A DNA stretch of 43,374 bases, the filler included, from Jimgerdemannia flammicorona (Eukaryota): NCBI GenBank assembly GCA_003990765.1. It is 2 parts of 2 records of this genome, joined end to end, with 100 filler letters (N's around TTAATTAATTAA, not from the genome) between each part and the next. Parts side by side here need not be neighbours in the genome. Positions count along the whole stretch, not along the records: positions 1 to 21,644 come from RBNJ01001416.1; positions 21,745 to 43,374 come from RBNJ01001417.1. One strand, written 5' to 3'. Both the position numbers and the translations under genes were made by a program. Shown one piece after another: positions 10,701 through 22,689 of this stretch (positions are counted from its first letter, which is position 1; every line of letters starts with the position of its first letter). The notes beneath the pieces were generated by a model. The model did not search any database and was not told where the DNA came from. It saw only the letters and a program-made list of their open reading frames with translations.

Positions 10701-10856
10701 GGCCCCCTTTGCTAATGCGAATGGTGGGCCTTGGAGGCGTATGCTTCCATATAGCCAAACCTACCCCACTTCATCCCCTATACACATTCTACATTTTATG
10801 CTTCATAATCCCCCCTTTTCTACTTCGTTGAATTGGTCACTCGATAGACACTTTGA
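10701..10856 (+). repeat. Ngaro repeat B2 (right terminus)
   Basis: Direct copy of 10204-10359. Confidence 0.95.
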
Positions 10857-11299
10857 CATCACATGACAGGTCAATCGGAATTATGAATAGCTAAGGACCA
10901 GCCCTTACAAAAAGATTGGTCGAATCACATCTCAGAAGAGGCTCCTTACGACCTTATGACAAACAGCGCGCTCGGAGGATCTTCCTCCGGGATTTGCTTG
11001 ATGAGCCTTGGCTTTTTAGCTTTGCGCATTAACTATCTACGGTTAGCTGACTCAATCCATCCGTGCAACCAAACAGGTATCCTTGGAGGCTTGTATACCA
11101 CCTATTATTAATTCGAAAACTCCCAATGCCTAACTCTTTACTCAATTCACCTTCGTTTATTTCGCTTTTGATTTCGTAAGACCTATCGCACACCCCCGAA
11201 AATCCACCATATTCAACCACGGGCACGGAAGCAAAAAAGACGAATAAGAAACACAATATGCAATTTGCAACGCCCGACCGCTTCACTTCTTGAAGGTAC

Positions 11300-11961
11300 T
11301 GATGATGTCAGAGGGTGCGTATCATCTAGCCCACCACGCACAATCGTCGGGATTGCTAGCTTCCCGAACCAAAACTCATCGAAACATACCACTTGTGTCC
11401 CTCCCAGCGTACAGGAGGATGCTCTCCTTACCACCGGGATGGTCAGGCAAGAACTTCGTCATATCCAACACCCTCCCATTGACGACAACCTAGCAATCAC
11501 TCTCAGTATTATGCTTAGCGACATCCTCGAGCGAATAGTCGCCGGCCTGCTTCTTCTTAGGCTCAGTAACGACGGATGCGGCATCAGAGTACGCATCAGT
11601 CTACGAAGGTTTGGCCTGATCGGTGGAGACGCCACCCTGGCCGTCGAACGAGACCTCGACGGTAACCTCAACATTTGTTTCCCAGTGGCTGCTGCGTGCT
11701 GTTCACCAGGCGCGAGAACAGGTGGCGTGCCGCAGAGTGCGTCCAAAAACAACACAGCCTAGTAGAGAGGAGCCACAAAGAGGGTTGGCGCTATGTACGT
11801 TGCCGCACATCTCGCCCATAGCGAAGAGGCCGGGGACAGGCTTGCTGGAGGATGAGTTGATCTCGGATTCGGAGGTGATTTCAACGCCATCCTGTTGAAG
11901 TCGAAAGCGGTTAGGTTAGGTGATGTGGCAGTCAAGAAAGAAAATGCGAAGTAGGCAAAAC

Positions 11962-11999
<38 letters not shown>

Positions 12000-13025
12000 A
12001 GGTACCATAGTATAAAGCATCAACGCGACATAGAAATCGTCCGTCATCTTGATGGGGACGTTCTGGGAAACCCTTGTCCCAGGGATCCTTCCTCTTCCCG
12101 GCCGCGATCTCACTGTACGAACGTCTTTTCGAGCTTCTTAGGGCTAATTCCCATCTCCGTCGCGAGTACCTCGTCATTTTCGGATCTCCTCATCAGCCCC
12201 CACCGGTGTAATACTTGCAACGCCACTCAGTCTCGTTGGAGGCGTCGGTGTGCAGCATGAGGTGGATGGGGAACTTTTATCTCGCCTGTCACGTAGTCGC
12301 GATGCCTGAGTTCGTCGCAGAACCGGTCGCCGCCCGTCTGGAGAAGAAAACCACCCACATCGCGGAGCGCCTCGGCGGCAAGGAACTTCCCGTCGGGCTC
12401 CTTCGGGTAAACGAGACCAGTGGGGTGAACCTGGACCTTCGCAAGGTCGATCGTCTTGGCCCCGATCACGGCGAACATTTTGATGTCATCGCCTGTGCAG
12501 TGGTCACCATTGGTAGTAGAACTTTAGGGGGAGGGGGGTTGGAAGTAGACGGAAGAAGAGAGTTGATTGGGCAATGTTGTGCGCAGGACAAGCTCAAAAA
12601 AATAGGTGACGCTAAACGAGAGAGGGTATACGTACAGGTTCCACAGCTCAGGCCTATGCTTCTTTACGAACGAGTGCTCGGTGAAATCCGCGGCAATACC
12701 AACCCGGCCTTCGTGACGACCTACTCGATGCCCACCTCCTTGTTCGCGTCGATCTTGACGCAGTCGGTCGGGGTGCTCCTCAGTCATCTCCAACGCTTCC
12801 ATATATGTACGTGTTCGTCATGCCGGGGAATTTTTCCTTGCCATGGTGGGTGCGCGGGTGCGAGTGGCCACACAGGTGGGACACAAGTGATAGGTCAAGG
12901 CTGAAGCCCCTCGACGACAGATGGCGATTGGCCCGTTAGGACCTTAACTAGCTCCGGATGTAGAAGCTCTCGACGGAGTCGGCAGCGCTGATGCCAGAGG
13001 TGGCTTTGGGACAGTTGCCGCTGGT
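11300..13025 (-). pseudogene. Soluble fumarate reductase flavoprotein (Osm1/Frd1 family) with C-terminal cytochrome b5 domain; fragmented pseudogene
   Basis: Minus-strand peptides in the expected order: GNCPKATSGISAA (~13020), PELVKVLTGQS, AADFTEHSFVKKHRPEL, IDLAKVQVHPTGLV, FLAAEALRDVGG, RFCDELRHRDYVT, LYTM|intron|DGVEIT, PGLFAMGEMCGNVHSANPLCGSSLLGCVVFGR, then YSLEDVAKHNTESDC*VVVNGRVLDMTKFLPDHPGGKESILLYAGRD (cyt b5 HPGG). Contains frameshifts, a stop and large internal deletions. Confidence 0.88.
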
Positions 13026-13699
13026 GACGGGAGGAGTGGTCAAAGCACCTCCTTTGAGGTCGTCGACGGTGTTGGCGTTGATGGTCTTGACAGAGAAGGG
13101 ACACCTGCTGGGTCGTCGCCATGAACAAAACAGAAGAGAGTTACAGTGGTAGCACGTAGTATTTTATTCATTTATTCATATAGTTTCAATGTGCTTCCTC
13201 TCGTGACCCTTTTCCTCTGTTTCTGTCATGTGAACCCAAAAAATTGGCGACAAAAAAATACATCCTCTCCCTTCCATATAATAATCTGCAGTGGAATGTG
13301 GTTGAAACCAAAAGTCAAAAATGCCCTCGCACAAGTGCCCTCGCCATGGAGATTAAACATTTTGCATTTTTCGGCGTGGCCGATCGACACTGGTGTTGCT
13401 TGTTTTGGACTGGGTATCGTCACCAACTGCTTGTGGCTTTTGCTTGGTGGAGCGCGAAAACACTATGACTTTATCAGCATCTTCGTTCTACCTCTTTTTT
13501 CCACCATCCTTTACACTTACATGGCGTTCTTACATACTATTAGTTAGCAAAAAGATGTATAAATATGAGGGTCTATTTAACGAATAAAGCCATCGATCAT
13601 CTTATTGGCTAGAACTAGCAAGAAGTCGTGTAATCCGAGGGAACTACATAAATTCAGAAGAACTCAGGAGAACGCATACAAGGAAGGATGCGATGGATC

Positions 13700-14505
13700 A
13701 GGCAACAGAGTTCCTGCTGATAGGCTTCTTCGACACCATGACCCATTCTCCTCACATTAATATTTGGTGGGTGCAGTTCAACATTATAAACACGTGTCCT
13801 CTTCGATAAGTGCCTGGCTGAGGGATTTTCTTCAAAGTGCTTTCTCATCAACCCCGGCTCTTACACATTCCGCCCTCGCTGTATCTCTCCTGTCCACACA
13901 GCAACTTCCATGACGAGATCCTCTGCGGCATTCTTTGTCATGCATGCTGATGTTGCCTGCAGCTTTCTGCTTTACTCAATGCAAAAGAATTACATGAAGT
14001 ATTGCGGGTTGCGCACCAAGGTACGTGCCGCCGGGGAAAACGGGGACTGTGTTTCTGGCTCGCGCGTTGGAGAAGGTTTTGGGAATGGAGGCTTTGGTGG
14101 GGGAGTCTATGTGTCTCGGGCCCTATTGAGTGTTCATGCAAGAAAACATGTTAGATTGGTGTGCGCACCGTACCTATATCTCAACTCTCTCCCTCTTCCT
14201 CCCTACCAGATTCCGCCCGACGAACAATGCGTTTGGGCTTCCTTGTGCGCAATCCCTCTACACACAAGGTGTTCCACTACGTGAAGAAACCGCAGGCATT
14301 TAATCTCGTGCGGTGTGTATCTGTTCGACGCTGCCCTCTTTGACAAAATCCGCAGGCCCTCGATCGCAAGATGGACATTCAGATCGAAGACAATGACTAT
14401 CTGTGGTCCTCGCACAACTCAATAGCAGGAGCTGTTCGCCGAGGCGATGAAGCTTTATATATATGAGGCTGGTGATTTTTTGGAGGCAAACCAAAACGGC
14501 AGGTA
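13700..14505 (+). pseudogene. Mannose-1-phosphate guanylyltransferase alpha (GMPPA-like) pseudogene fragment
   Basis: Peptides EFLLIGFF, FHDEIL, FFVMHADVACSF, intron GTACGT...TACCAG (14021-14209), GFLVRNPSTHKVFHYVKKPQAF, CGVYLFDAALFDKIR, IYEAGDFWRQTKTAG, spread over shifting frames. Confidence 0.8.
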
Positions 14506-14799
14506 GGTTTTTTCAATGGTATTACAGATCGGGGTATGGAGAGAGCGGCCAGAATGAGATTGTTGATATAGCAGGAGAGCGATTGGAGCACGTACCTGGC
14601 GAAACCATATTTATCCCACATCAGTTTTGTATGATCTTTTCTCTTGAACTCTGAGACTTACTCATCTCCCTTTCCTGCCTACCTCTCTTATCCATTCTGT
14701 TTACACCAACTGTCATACACTCTTCCAATGCCACCTACCTTAAGCAATTCATCTGCATTTTGCCCAGTAGTCTGACTAAAAATATTTCTAGCAGATCTG

Positions 14800-15880
14800 A
14801 GATAATTGATATATACTATCTATATCTATCTGTTGGTGCATATTGGTCTGATACATATATTGTAAGAGAGTAGTGTGGTATTTAGAGAGATAGCAAAATA
14901 TATTTGAGATAGAAGAAAGATGGACAAGAGTATTACTTTTGATAATTATATCAAAAGTAAGAGAATGATAAGAGTTTTAGTTTATATTTTCTATTTTTAA
15001 TCAATTGATCCTTATTAATATTTACTCTATCTCTTATACTCTCTCTCTTTCTCTTTTTTCTTATCTTTCAATATATATATTAAATTAGTCTCAATATCTC
15101 AATTAACTCTATTATATAATTAATAAGTATATATTAAAAATATTATTATTCTTATTAATAAGAGAATATATAAAATATATTATTATTTTTAATATTACAG
15201 TACTTTATATATATATAGATTTTAATTATATTTTCAATTTTCTAACTAATATTATATTTTCTTACTCTCTAAAATAATAATATCTTTACATTATATATAA
15301 TATTCAACTAGATCTTTAAGAATATAAATTATGAAAAATATTATTATAAAATATTAATAAAAATAAAATTAAAAGATCATTTTAAATATATATATTTTTA
15401 ATAAGTTTAAAATTATTTTAATAAGATCTATTATTAAAATTTAATATATTTAAAGATTTATATATTTAAAATAATTAAATATAGCTAAATAAAATAAAAA
15501 TTTATATATTTATTAATAAATAAATAAATTATTAAATTTATAATAGTTTCAAATATATTTTATAATAATAATATATTTATAATTATTTCTCCTTTCTCTA
15601 ATTTATCTTTAAAATAAAAAATATATAATAATTATTAAATTAAATTAAATAATGGCTTTATTTAATTAAGTTTATTAAAAATACTAATTTAGAATATTAT
15701 TAATTCTAATCTTGGTTAGTTTATATATACTAAGTATTTAATAAAATATATCTCTCTTTTAAAGTTAATATTTAAAAAGTAGGTTTATTCTTATTATTAA
15801 TCTTTTTTTTATTTTATTTTATATTTTATTTCTCAAACTTGTCCATATTTTAATAGTAAAGAGAAAGTGAAATAGCCAAT
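14800..15880. other. Extremely AT-rich tract, probably a hypermutated transposon relic
   Basis: Almost no C/G, TpA-rich, no ORFs. Same texture as the recognisable Copia relic at 34.5-36.5 kb. Family not identifiable. Confidence 0.55.
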
Positions 15881-16823
15881 TATATTCAGCCGATTTCCAA
15901 CATGTTCGTCAAGTGACAACTGTCTACTAGGTTAGGTTTATTAAATGTGGTCTCATCGATTATCATCGATTATCCTCAAATACACGCCATCTACGCTCGT
16001 ATAAAAGATTCGCATAAATCATAATTGCAACAAACCGTGGGGCAGTCTGGAGAATTCACAGCGGTTCGAGGGTAAGCAAGCCGACCGGTCAGTTCAACAA
16101 TGTGGTCTTTACTCTTGGGAAAAGCCATTCAACAAAATGCAGGATAATACTGTAGCAGCTCCACACATTTTGACATGACACTGTGCAATGGATAAACGCT
16201 GTGCCATCGGGAGTATGCTGTTAACATCGAGTAAACTGTGTAACTGTGTTGGGCAGGATATTTGTGTATTACAAAATATCAACGTTTGAAGCGATGCGCG
16301 ACTTATAATTATGATATCCAAACATTCGTCGAATAATTTCCCCATACTGATCTGCTGTCGATCAGCTGTCAAAACAAAACCATACGGTGTGGGACAAAGG
16401 AATTTTGCTAACATTTTTTCTTGTTCTGGAGTCGTGACTAGATGTGCGGCACTGTAAACCTTCAGGTGGCGTTGCCGGAAAAGCATGTGATGTTCACACT
16501 CCAAAACGTATTTGTTTGTTTTATGCCTCTAGGCCCTTCCGTCCACGTTACCGTGGGATATGAAAGAAGCTTCGGGTCCGATCAAGACAAAACCTGTTGT
16601 AAGTGTTTCTAGACGTTTGTGTCAATAATAAATAAACTACCGAGAGAAGCAGTTCGACGCCAGCGCTTTCTATATCGACAATACTGGTGCTCTCTATGTT
16701 CTCTCGGTCTCTCGTGCTTGGACCCTGCCGCCTCCGTCTCTCTCGCGTCAGGAACTACCATGGCTTGACAAAAATATAATTTCCACGTTGTCAGAATAGG
16801 ACACCCGCAAAAAGGTGGTGGCG

Positions 16824-17210
16824 AGTTATCTTGTCAGGTCACCTGGAGAGACTGATAAGAATATGCCTCTTTTAGCCTCGAAAAGACTGGGCCACGGTAT
16901 TAATTCCAAAAGCGGAAGGACATTACCTTTTTGCTTCGTAGCCATGCGGCACACTATATGGGGCAGGTCTTGGCATAACGTGATTTTTGCACCATGTAAA
17001 ATACAACTTCACTGCCTGTCTGGTACCAAATGTTTCCATTTCCGCTTCCGAAAGAGTGATTTTCATCAAAGAGTTGATGCAGTTAGAGTTGGTATTCTGC
17101 ATATTAAGATTCAGGCGCAGAGTTTCGGGAGTGTTTAAGGTTACACTGGTGTAATAATCGGTTAATCCAAACACCATCCAAAAAAACAGTGACGCCTATA
17201 TATATATGAC
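16824..17210 (+). promoter_or_regulatory. Putative promoter of the ammonium transporter: GATA sites and TATA-like run
   Basis: TTATCT at ~16826, GATAAG at ~16854 and TATATATATA at ~17197, upstream of ATG 17375. GATA-factor control of fungal MEP genes is established, but these short motifs may occur by chance. Confidence 0.3.
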
Positions 17211-17374
17211 CTATAGGTCGTCCGCACAGTAGAACAGACCCAGCACAAGCATATATTTGTCGTCAATATCACAATTCCCTTGATATCTGTTCAGCACCGC
17301 AATTCATTCCTGAACTTGCGGCATTAAAGAATCGGCCATCTCCTTTTTCCCATCATCGAAGAGTAAAAAAAAAC

Positions 17375-18800
17375 ATGGCGGACCCAACCTACAACCCCGG
17401 CGATATTTCCTGGGTCTTTGCCTCAACTGCGCTTGTATGGCTTATGATTCCTGGTATTGGTTACTTCTACTCTGGTTTGTCCCGGAGTAAGAACGCCCTG
17501 TCGCTCATCACACTTAGTGTTATATCCGTCGCCATTGTATCCGTTCAGGTAACGTTTGTTCCTTTTTCTCACCTCGTTTGGCTTCGCAAAGTCTCGCTAC
17601 GTAATTATTTTATATGTGCTAATCGATTGTGGTTTTCGAAATACCCTTAATTCGTGTGTGCAGTGGCTCATTTGGGGTTACAGTTTAACGTTCTCCGAGA
17701 CGTCGTCCAGCCCCTTCATTGGTGACTTAAGCAATGCCTTCTTCCGCGGAGTCAATAGTTCGCCTTCCATGGGCAACACCAAAATCCCTAAAATCGTCTT
17801 CGCCATCTTCCAATCCATGTTCGCCTCTCTCACCCCCGCCCTCGCCATTGGCTCGGCTGCCGAGCGCGCTCGCATTCTCCCCATGACAATCTTCCTCTTC
17901 GTCTGGCCAACCATCGTCTACGATCCGATCGCCTACTGGTCGTGGAATTCCAACGGTTGGTCAAAAAGGCTGGGCGGTCTCGACTTCGCGGGCGGCACTC
18001 CCGTCCACATCAGCTCCGGTGCTGCTTCTCTCGCATACGCTCTTATCCTCGGCCAACGTAGGCCTGACGAAAACGATGAGTTCAAGCCCCACAACATGGC
18101 CCACGTCGCCCTCGGTACCGCCTTCCTGTGGTTCGGCTGGTTCGGCTTCAACGGCGGCTCCGCCGAAGCCGGCAACATCAGGGCTGCCATGGCCTGCTTC
18201 GTTACCAACCTTTCTGCATCTGTCGGCGGACTCACATGGATGCTCATGGACTACCGCCTCGACCACAAGTTCTCCGTCGTCGGTTTCTGCAGCGGCGCCG
18301 TTGTCGGCCTCGTCACCATCACCCCCGCCTCCGGTTATGTCGGGCCCGCATCGGCCGTCGTCTTTGGTGTCGCTGGCGGTATTGTCTGCAACTTCGCCTG
18401 CAAGCTGAAGTTGGCGTTCAACTACGATGACGCTCTTGACGTTTTTGCAGTTCATGGTGTTGGTGGCCTCATTGGCGTCCTTCTCACTGGTGTCTTCGCC
18501 GATTCTAACATTGTCGCGCTCGACGGCTCCGTCATTGCCGGTGGGTGGCTCAACGGGCACTTCATTCAGATCGTCTACCAGCTTGCCGATGGTTGTGCTG
18601 GAATGTTGTACTCCTTTGGTGTCACCTACATTCTCCTGTTTCTCATGGACAAAATTCCTGGTCTTTCATTGCGTGTTACTAAAGAAAGGGAGACCATAGG
18701 TATCGACGCCTCTGAAATTGGCGAGTTGGCGTACTACCACGTTGAAAAGCTTCAAGTCGTCGATCTCAGGGTAATTAGATTAACACACACATCTCTGTGA
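17375..18800 (+). CDS. amt: Ammonium transporter (Amt/Mep family), join(17375..17548,17664..18800), about 436 aa
   Basis: [78 protein letters not shown] (both pore histidines present). Phase-0 intron GTAACG...TGCAG at 17549-17663. The C-terminus might instead be spliced at GTAATT 18771. Confidence 0.96.
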
Positions 18801-19232
18801 CTACGTAAGTGGATTGCTTGCACAAAATTTTAACTCTACCTTCTATCATCAATTAGCCTCAGATAATCCCGTCGCCGACCACTCACGTCTAAACATCCGC
18901 ATCACCCGTTTGCACAAAGTTTTGCAGTTGTGCCCTGGTAAACTTATATACAACCCAGCACAATTATATATGAGAATAGCCCAGCGAAATTTATAGCTAG
19001 CATGCTAGCTCTGTAAATGTTTTCTCTTCACCAATCCCGGAATTTGTAAGAGGGACTCAATCTCGCCTCGCTCTATATAAATAATACGTCATGATTCAAC
19101 GAGGCGCTGGTAGATACGATAAAACGCGCAAGCCAAAAAATAAAAATAATAAAACTCATATAATTCTAATTCTTGTCTGTGGGAACCACAAATCCAGTGT
19201 AAAGAGATGGCATGTGTCCCGATTTTTTTCCG

Positions 19233-19545
19233 ATCCACCTGACTGACCTCTTGCTATTAAGCTCAAACGATCTCAGGTTGAGGTCCTCTCAAGCGTGTCA
19301 AACCTAATGATATCGATCTAGATAGTTTTCAAGTAAGTATTCTTATTTTTATTTTTATTTTTGTCCTTGATGCGAGGGCCACTGAATAGTTGGTATTCTG
19401 AATAAGGTAGATTTCCGGTCAATTCTAATCCACCTGACCTCTTTACTTTTAGGTTCAGATTAAGGTCCTCCCAAACGTAATAAACCTAATGACGATATCG
19501 ATCTAGATAGTTTCCAAGTGAGTATTCTTTTTTTTTTTTTTTTTT
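19233..19545 (+). repeat. Diverged direct repeat of about 100-115 bp (19233-19350 and 19428-19545)
   Basis: Both copies contain ATCCACCTGAC...AGGTCCTC...AAACCTAATGA...TATCGATCTAGATAGTTTYCAAGTRAGTATTCTT followed by a T-rich run. Confidence 0.8.
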
Positions 19546-20189
19546 TTGGAATAAGAGCAGGCAATTATGCCACTACAGGGACACTTCCAACTATATGCTT
19601 TCTCTTTCGCACTTTTAAAATGTTAAACCAAAACGCTCCTCATACTTATACTATAATGCAATTAAATTACATGCTCAGATAAATCAAAATCCTCGCCACA
19701 CTCCTGTTACATCTTGCATTCAACTTTTACCACATCGGGCCCGATCACGTGCACATTTGAATGTCGCAATTTTCTTGAAACCCAGAATAGATATAAAGAG
19801 AATATCGGATTTGGGGTAAAACCGATCTTCGAGTTCACGGATTCAACCAGATTGTAATATAGATTGTAATATATATTGTCTGTGATGAAACTGATTTCTT
19901 TCGCTTATGCCAGAAGCACTTTAGGCAATGACCCCCAACTTGGTATGGTTTCAGTTAGGGGAGACTTTCGTTTGGGAGAATAAAGCATGGTTTGCATTCG
20001 ATAACTTTGTCGAAACAATGCCTTTGGGATCGAGGATGCAATTTTTTTTTTTTGGCAAATCGAATTGATGTCTCGTGAATTGGACATTGGGTACCGAACA
20101 TAGAATACAGAAGAGTTTGGTCGGAACAAGGGATATGGTCACGACCAATCATACCGCTACGCATTGTTCAAAAACTTGATGCTCTTTGT

Positions 20190-20532
20190 TCTCAAGTTCC
20201 AAGCTGCTGGATCTGCAGGGCCCTAAAGTCAGCGGCGTGCTTAGTTCTCAAGTGATGGGTATACTGGCGTACACAAATTCGCAACAGGCGCACTCCAACG
20301 TCTCCTCCCACAATTGGGACGCTTCGGGCGAGCATTTGGTTATGTGCGTTTGCCGCAAACAGCTGTGGGAAGATATAATTATATCAGGTGCCATTTTAGG
20401 CACCGACTGAGGACGATGGTGGCGCAGCAGGAACATTTGGCGGGATCCCACTAAACGCGTCCTTTTGGACGTGAAGGTGATCGGGCAGTTATGGCAGGTG
20501 TACTGTCCTTCGGGTGCGTTGGCGGACGCCAT
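20190..20532 (-). pseudogene. Possible degenerate C2H2 zinc-finger protein fragment
   Basis: YTCHNCPITFTSK and LECACCEFVYASIP followed, after a frameshift, by HLRTKH. Confidence 0.3.
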
Positions 20533-21644
20533 AATTTATGGTGGGAGCTTGAGAATTGATGGGAGAGCGCGTAGAGAGGTGGCGTTGGCGAAATATTTGT
20601 TGGGTTTAAATACTGTGGAGGACTTCCTTAACTTTGGTGGTCAGCTTCCTTTATGTTCTCGGAACACCCTGTCTGAATTTTGGATGTTTGGCTTGAAGAC
20701 TCGCGTGTGGGCATGTATAATGCACGGTTCTTTATGCATCGGATGAAATAGAATGCAATCAATCACTTGAATTTGGGTTGATCCACCGCTCATCCCCACG
20801 AACTCCACGTGGCGTCCAAAGCAACGAGCCGGACCTTTGCTTCGGTCGGTGGTTGGTTTATGATTGAAGGTTCGCCCACTACTTAGAGCCACACTACCCT
20901 TACCTCCTCACGAGGTGTATATAGGTTGAAAGCAGTATATACCAGAAATGAAAATAGGCCAGGATCAAATTCCATCTTTAACATCTTTCTATTTAAAGCC
21001 CTTCCGTGAATACATTTTTGTAAATCTAACAATTCTACACCCCCCGCTCTTCACACCGCAACCAATCCCACCTCAGTAGCGCCGTCTCCCGTATCGAGCA
21101 TCTCATCGCCATTATGGACGTCACCGAGCAGCTCAAAGAAGGCGACGTCGAAGGCCGCGCAGCTCATCGGCAGTCTCGTCGATAAGGGTATGAGGAGGAG
21201 GGAACAGGTGCGGCTTTAGATTCGCTTTTGTTTGGCACGTTGCCTTTGTGAGTTTCTGGTTGCTAATGAATTTCCAACCCTCTTCAGATGGTCGTTTCAA
21301 GCATCAACACTCTTCGCCGGAAGTGTTGCGCCATCCAGCCTGAGGAATCGGACCACGACGAAGGAACGCCGCGACTACTCTCCCCGCTCTCATGGCCGGC
21401 TCGCCCCTCACCCGCCCCTCACCCGCCTCAAACCTGTCTGCCCACCGCCTGATCTCGGCTTCGACGTACATCGCTCCTGCACGTCCGTCGGGCAGGTCAA
21501 GCACAGCTGCCACATATTTGGCGAGTCGGGTGAGCGGAACAGGTCGTTCACCGACGGCCCTGAATGCCTAAGAATATGAAGACGAGGAGGGTGCCCACAA
21601 ACATGTCAGTTATCTGATTCTTGTCCCCCTATGACGGGAAAAAA

Positions 21645-21744
21645 NNNNNNNNNNNNNNNNNNNNNNNNNNNNNNNNNNNNNNNNNNNNTTAATTAATTAA
21701 NNNNNNNNNNNNNNNNNNNNNNNNNNNNNNNNNNNNNNNNNNNN
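21645..21744. other. Artificial assembly spacer: N44 + TTAATTAATTAA + N44
   Basis: Exactly 100 nt and symmetric. The central 12-mer gives stop codons in all six frames, a typical contig-joining linker. Confidence 0.95.
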
Positions 21745-21745
21745 G

Positions 21746-22689
21746 GAGTGCAAATCTTGCTACAATTGCCATTTTTGCCATCAAGTTTGCCCAAACACCA
21801 CCTGGAAGCATTGCCAAATCAATTTCCCAGATGCCCCAAACCTCACAGAGAAAAGGCCTTACAAATTGGACATTAGGCATGCTTTCGCTGTGGCCAACAA
21901 ATGCATTAAGAAAGTACATGATGACCAACTGAGGCAAGAAGTCATAAGAGTGATAGAAAACCATGCGAAAATTATAGAATATTCATCATACCACACCGGC
22001 TTCAAGGTGAATGCCAAAGCATGGAACAAGCGAGGTTGTCCAGATGGAATTGTCATCATGGATGAACACGAAAAACTGCTGGCCATATTTGAACAAGTAC
22101 CAGTAAAGAATGACAAAATGCTTTATATGTGACTGATGGATGGCAGACTTGTGCATTTTATTGAGGAGGGTGATGGTGGAGGAGTGGAGAGGTGGGAGAA
22201 GTCAGTACCGGTAGAGGAGTTGGTGGAGAGATCGGTGGAGAGGTCGGTGCAGGGGTGGTCGGTGTGGGGGAGGTTGGCGCAAGAGAGGTTGGCACGGGGG
22301 AGGTCAGCGTGGGGGAGGTCGGCATGGAGGAGGTCAGTGCAGAGGAGGTCGGCATGGGGGAGGTCGGTGTGGAGGAATATGGGGAGGTCGGCGTGGGGGA
22401 GGTTGGTGCAGAGGAACATAGAGAGATCAGTGCAGAGGAACATGGGGAGGTCGGCGCAGAGGAACATGGGGAGGTTGGCATGGAGGAACATGGGGAGGTC
22501 GGCGCGGAGGACGAAATGGAGGTTGGCACAGAGGAGGTCAGCCCAGAGGAGGATATGGAGGAGGAGGATATAGAGGAAAGCAGTTCGGAATATATGAAGG
22601 AAGATAGTTTGGAATATAAGAAAGAGGAGGATCAATTGGTTTATAGCAATGAAGAGGAGGATCAGTTGGTTTATAGTGATGAAGAGTAA
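21746..22689 (+). pseudogene. 3' part of an unknown gene with Cys cluster and acidic repeat tail, possibly transposon-borne
   Basis: The frame from 21746 reads ECKSCYNCHFCHQVCPNTTWKHC...DIRHAFAVANK... to TGA 22132. After a frameshift come EVG[VAM]xE repeats ending in EEEDQLVYS x2 and TAA at 22689. Confidence 0.45.
22200..22560 (+). repeat. G-rich coding minisatellite with 15-bp and 24-bp units
   Basis: Units such as GGGGAGGTCGGCGTG and GAGGAACATGGGGAGGTCGGCGCA. Confidence 0.85.

Larger units (their letters stand above)
5882..10856 (+). mobile_element. Ngaro-type (DIRS order) tyrosine-recombinase retrotransposon, structurally complete but coding-degenerate
   Basis: Split direct repeats A1 5882-6181, B1 10204-10359, A2 10359-10658, B2 10701-10856 (A1-ORFs-B1-A2-B2). 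Internal gag-like, RT, RNase H and tyrosine recombinase motifs. No target-site duplication seen. Confidence 0.95.

Noticed and set aside
11029..11286. 85-aa minus-strand ORF next to the b5 domain
   Set aside because: No recognisable motif; likely the 3' flank of the pseudogene.
14915..15850. ATGGACAAG / CTTGTCCAT inverted match as TIRs of the AT-rich relic
   Set aside because: Only about 9 bp, with no TSD evident; could be chance.
16109..16504. 131-aa minus-strand ORF
   Set aside because: Non-ATG start, no motif, no supporting splice structure.
17933..18699. Overlapping ORFs on both strands within the Amt gene
   Set aside because: Shadow ORFs caused by high GC3 codon bias.
21115..21579. 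GC-rich gene-like fragment with a possible intron before the gap
   Set aside because: Frames are interrupted and no family could be recognised.
22136..22573. Arg/Trp-rich and antisense pentapeptide-like repeat ORFs
   Set aside because: Alternative frames of the same G-rich minisatellite. The acidic frame runs on into unique sequence and a stop, so it is more plausible.
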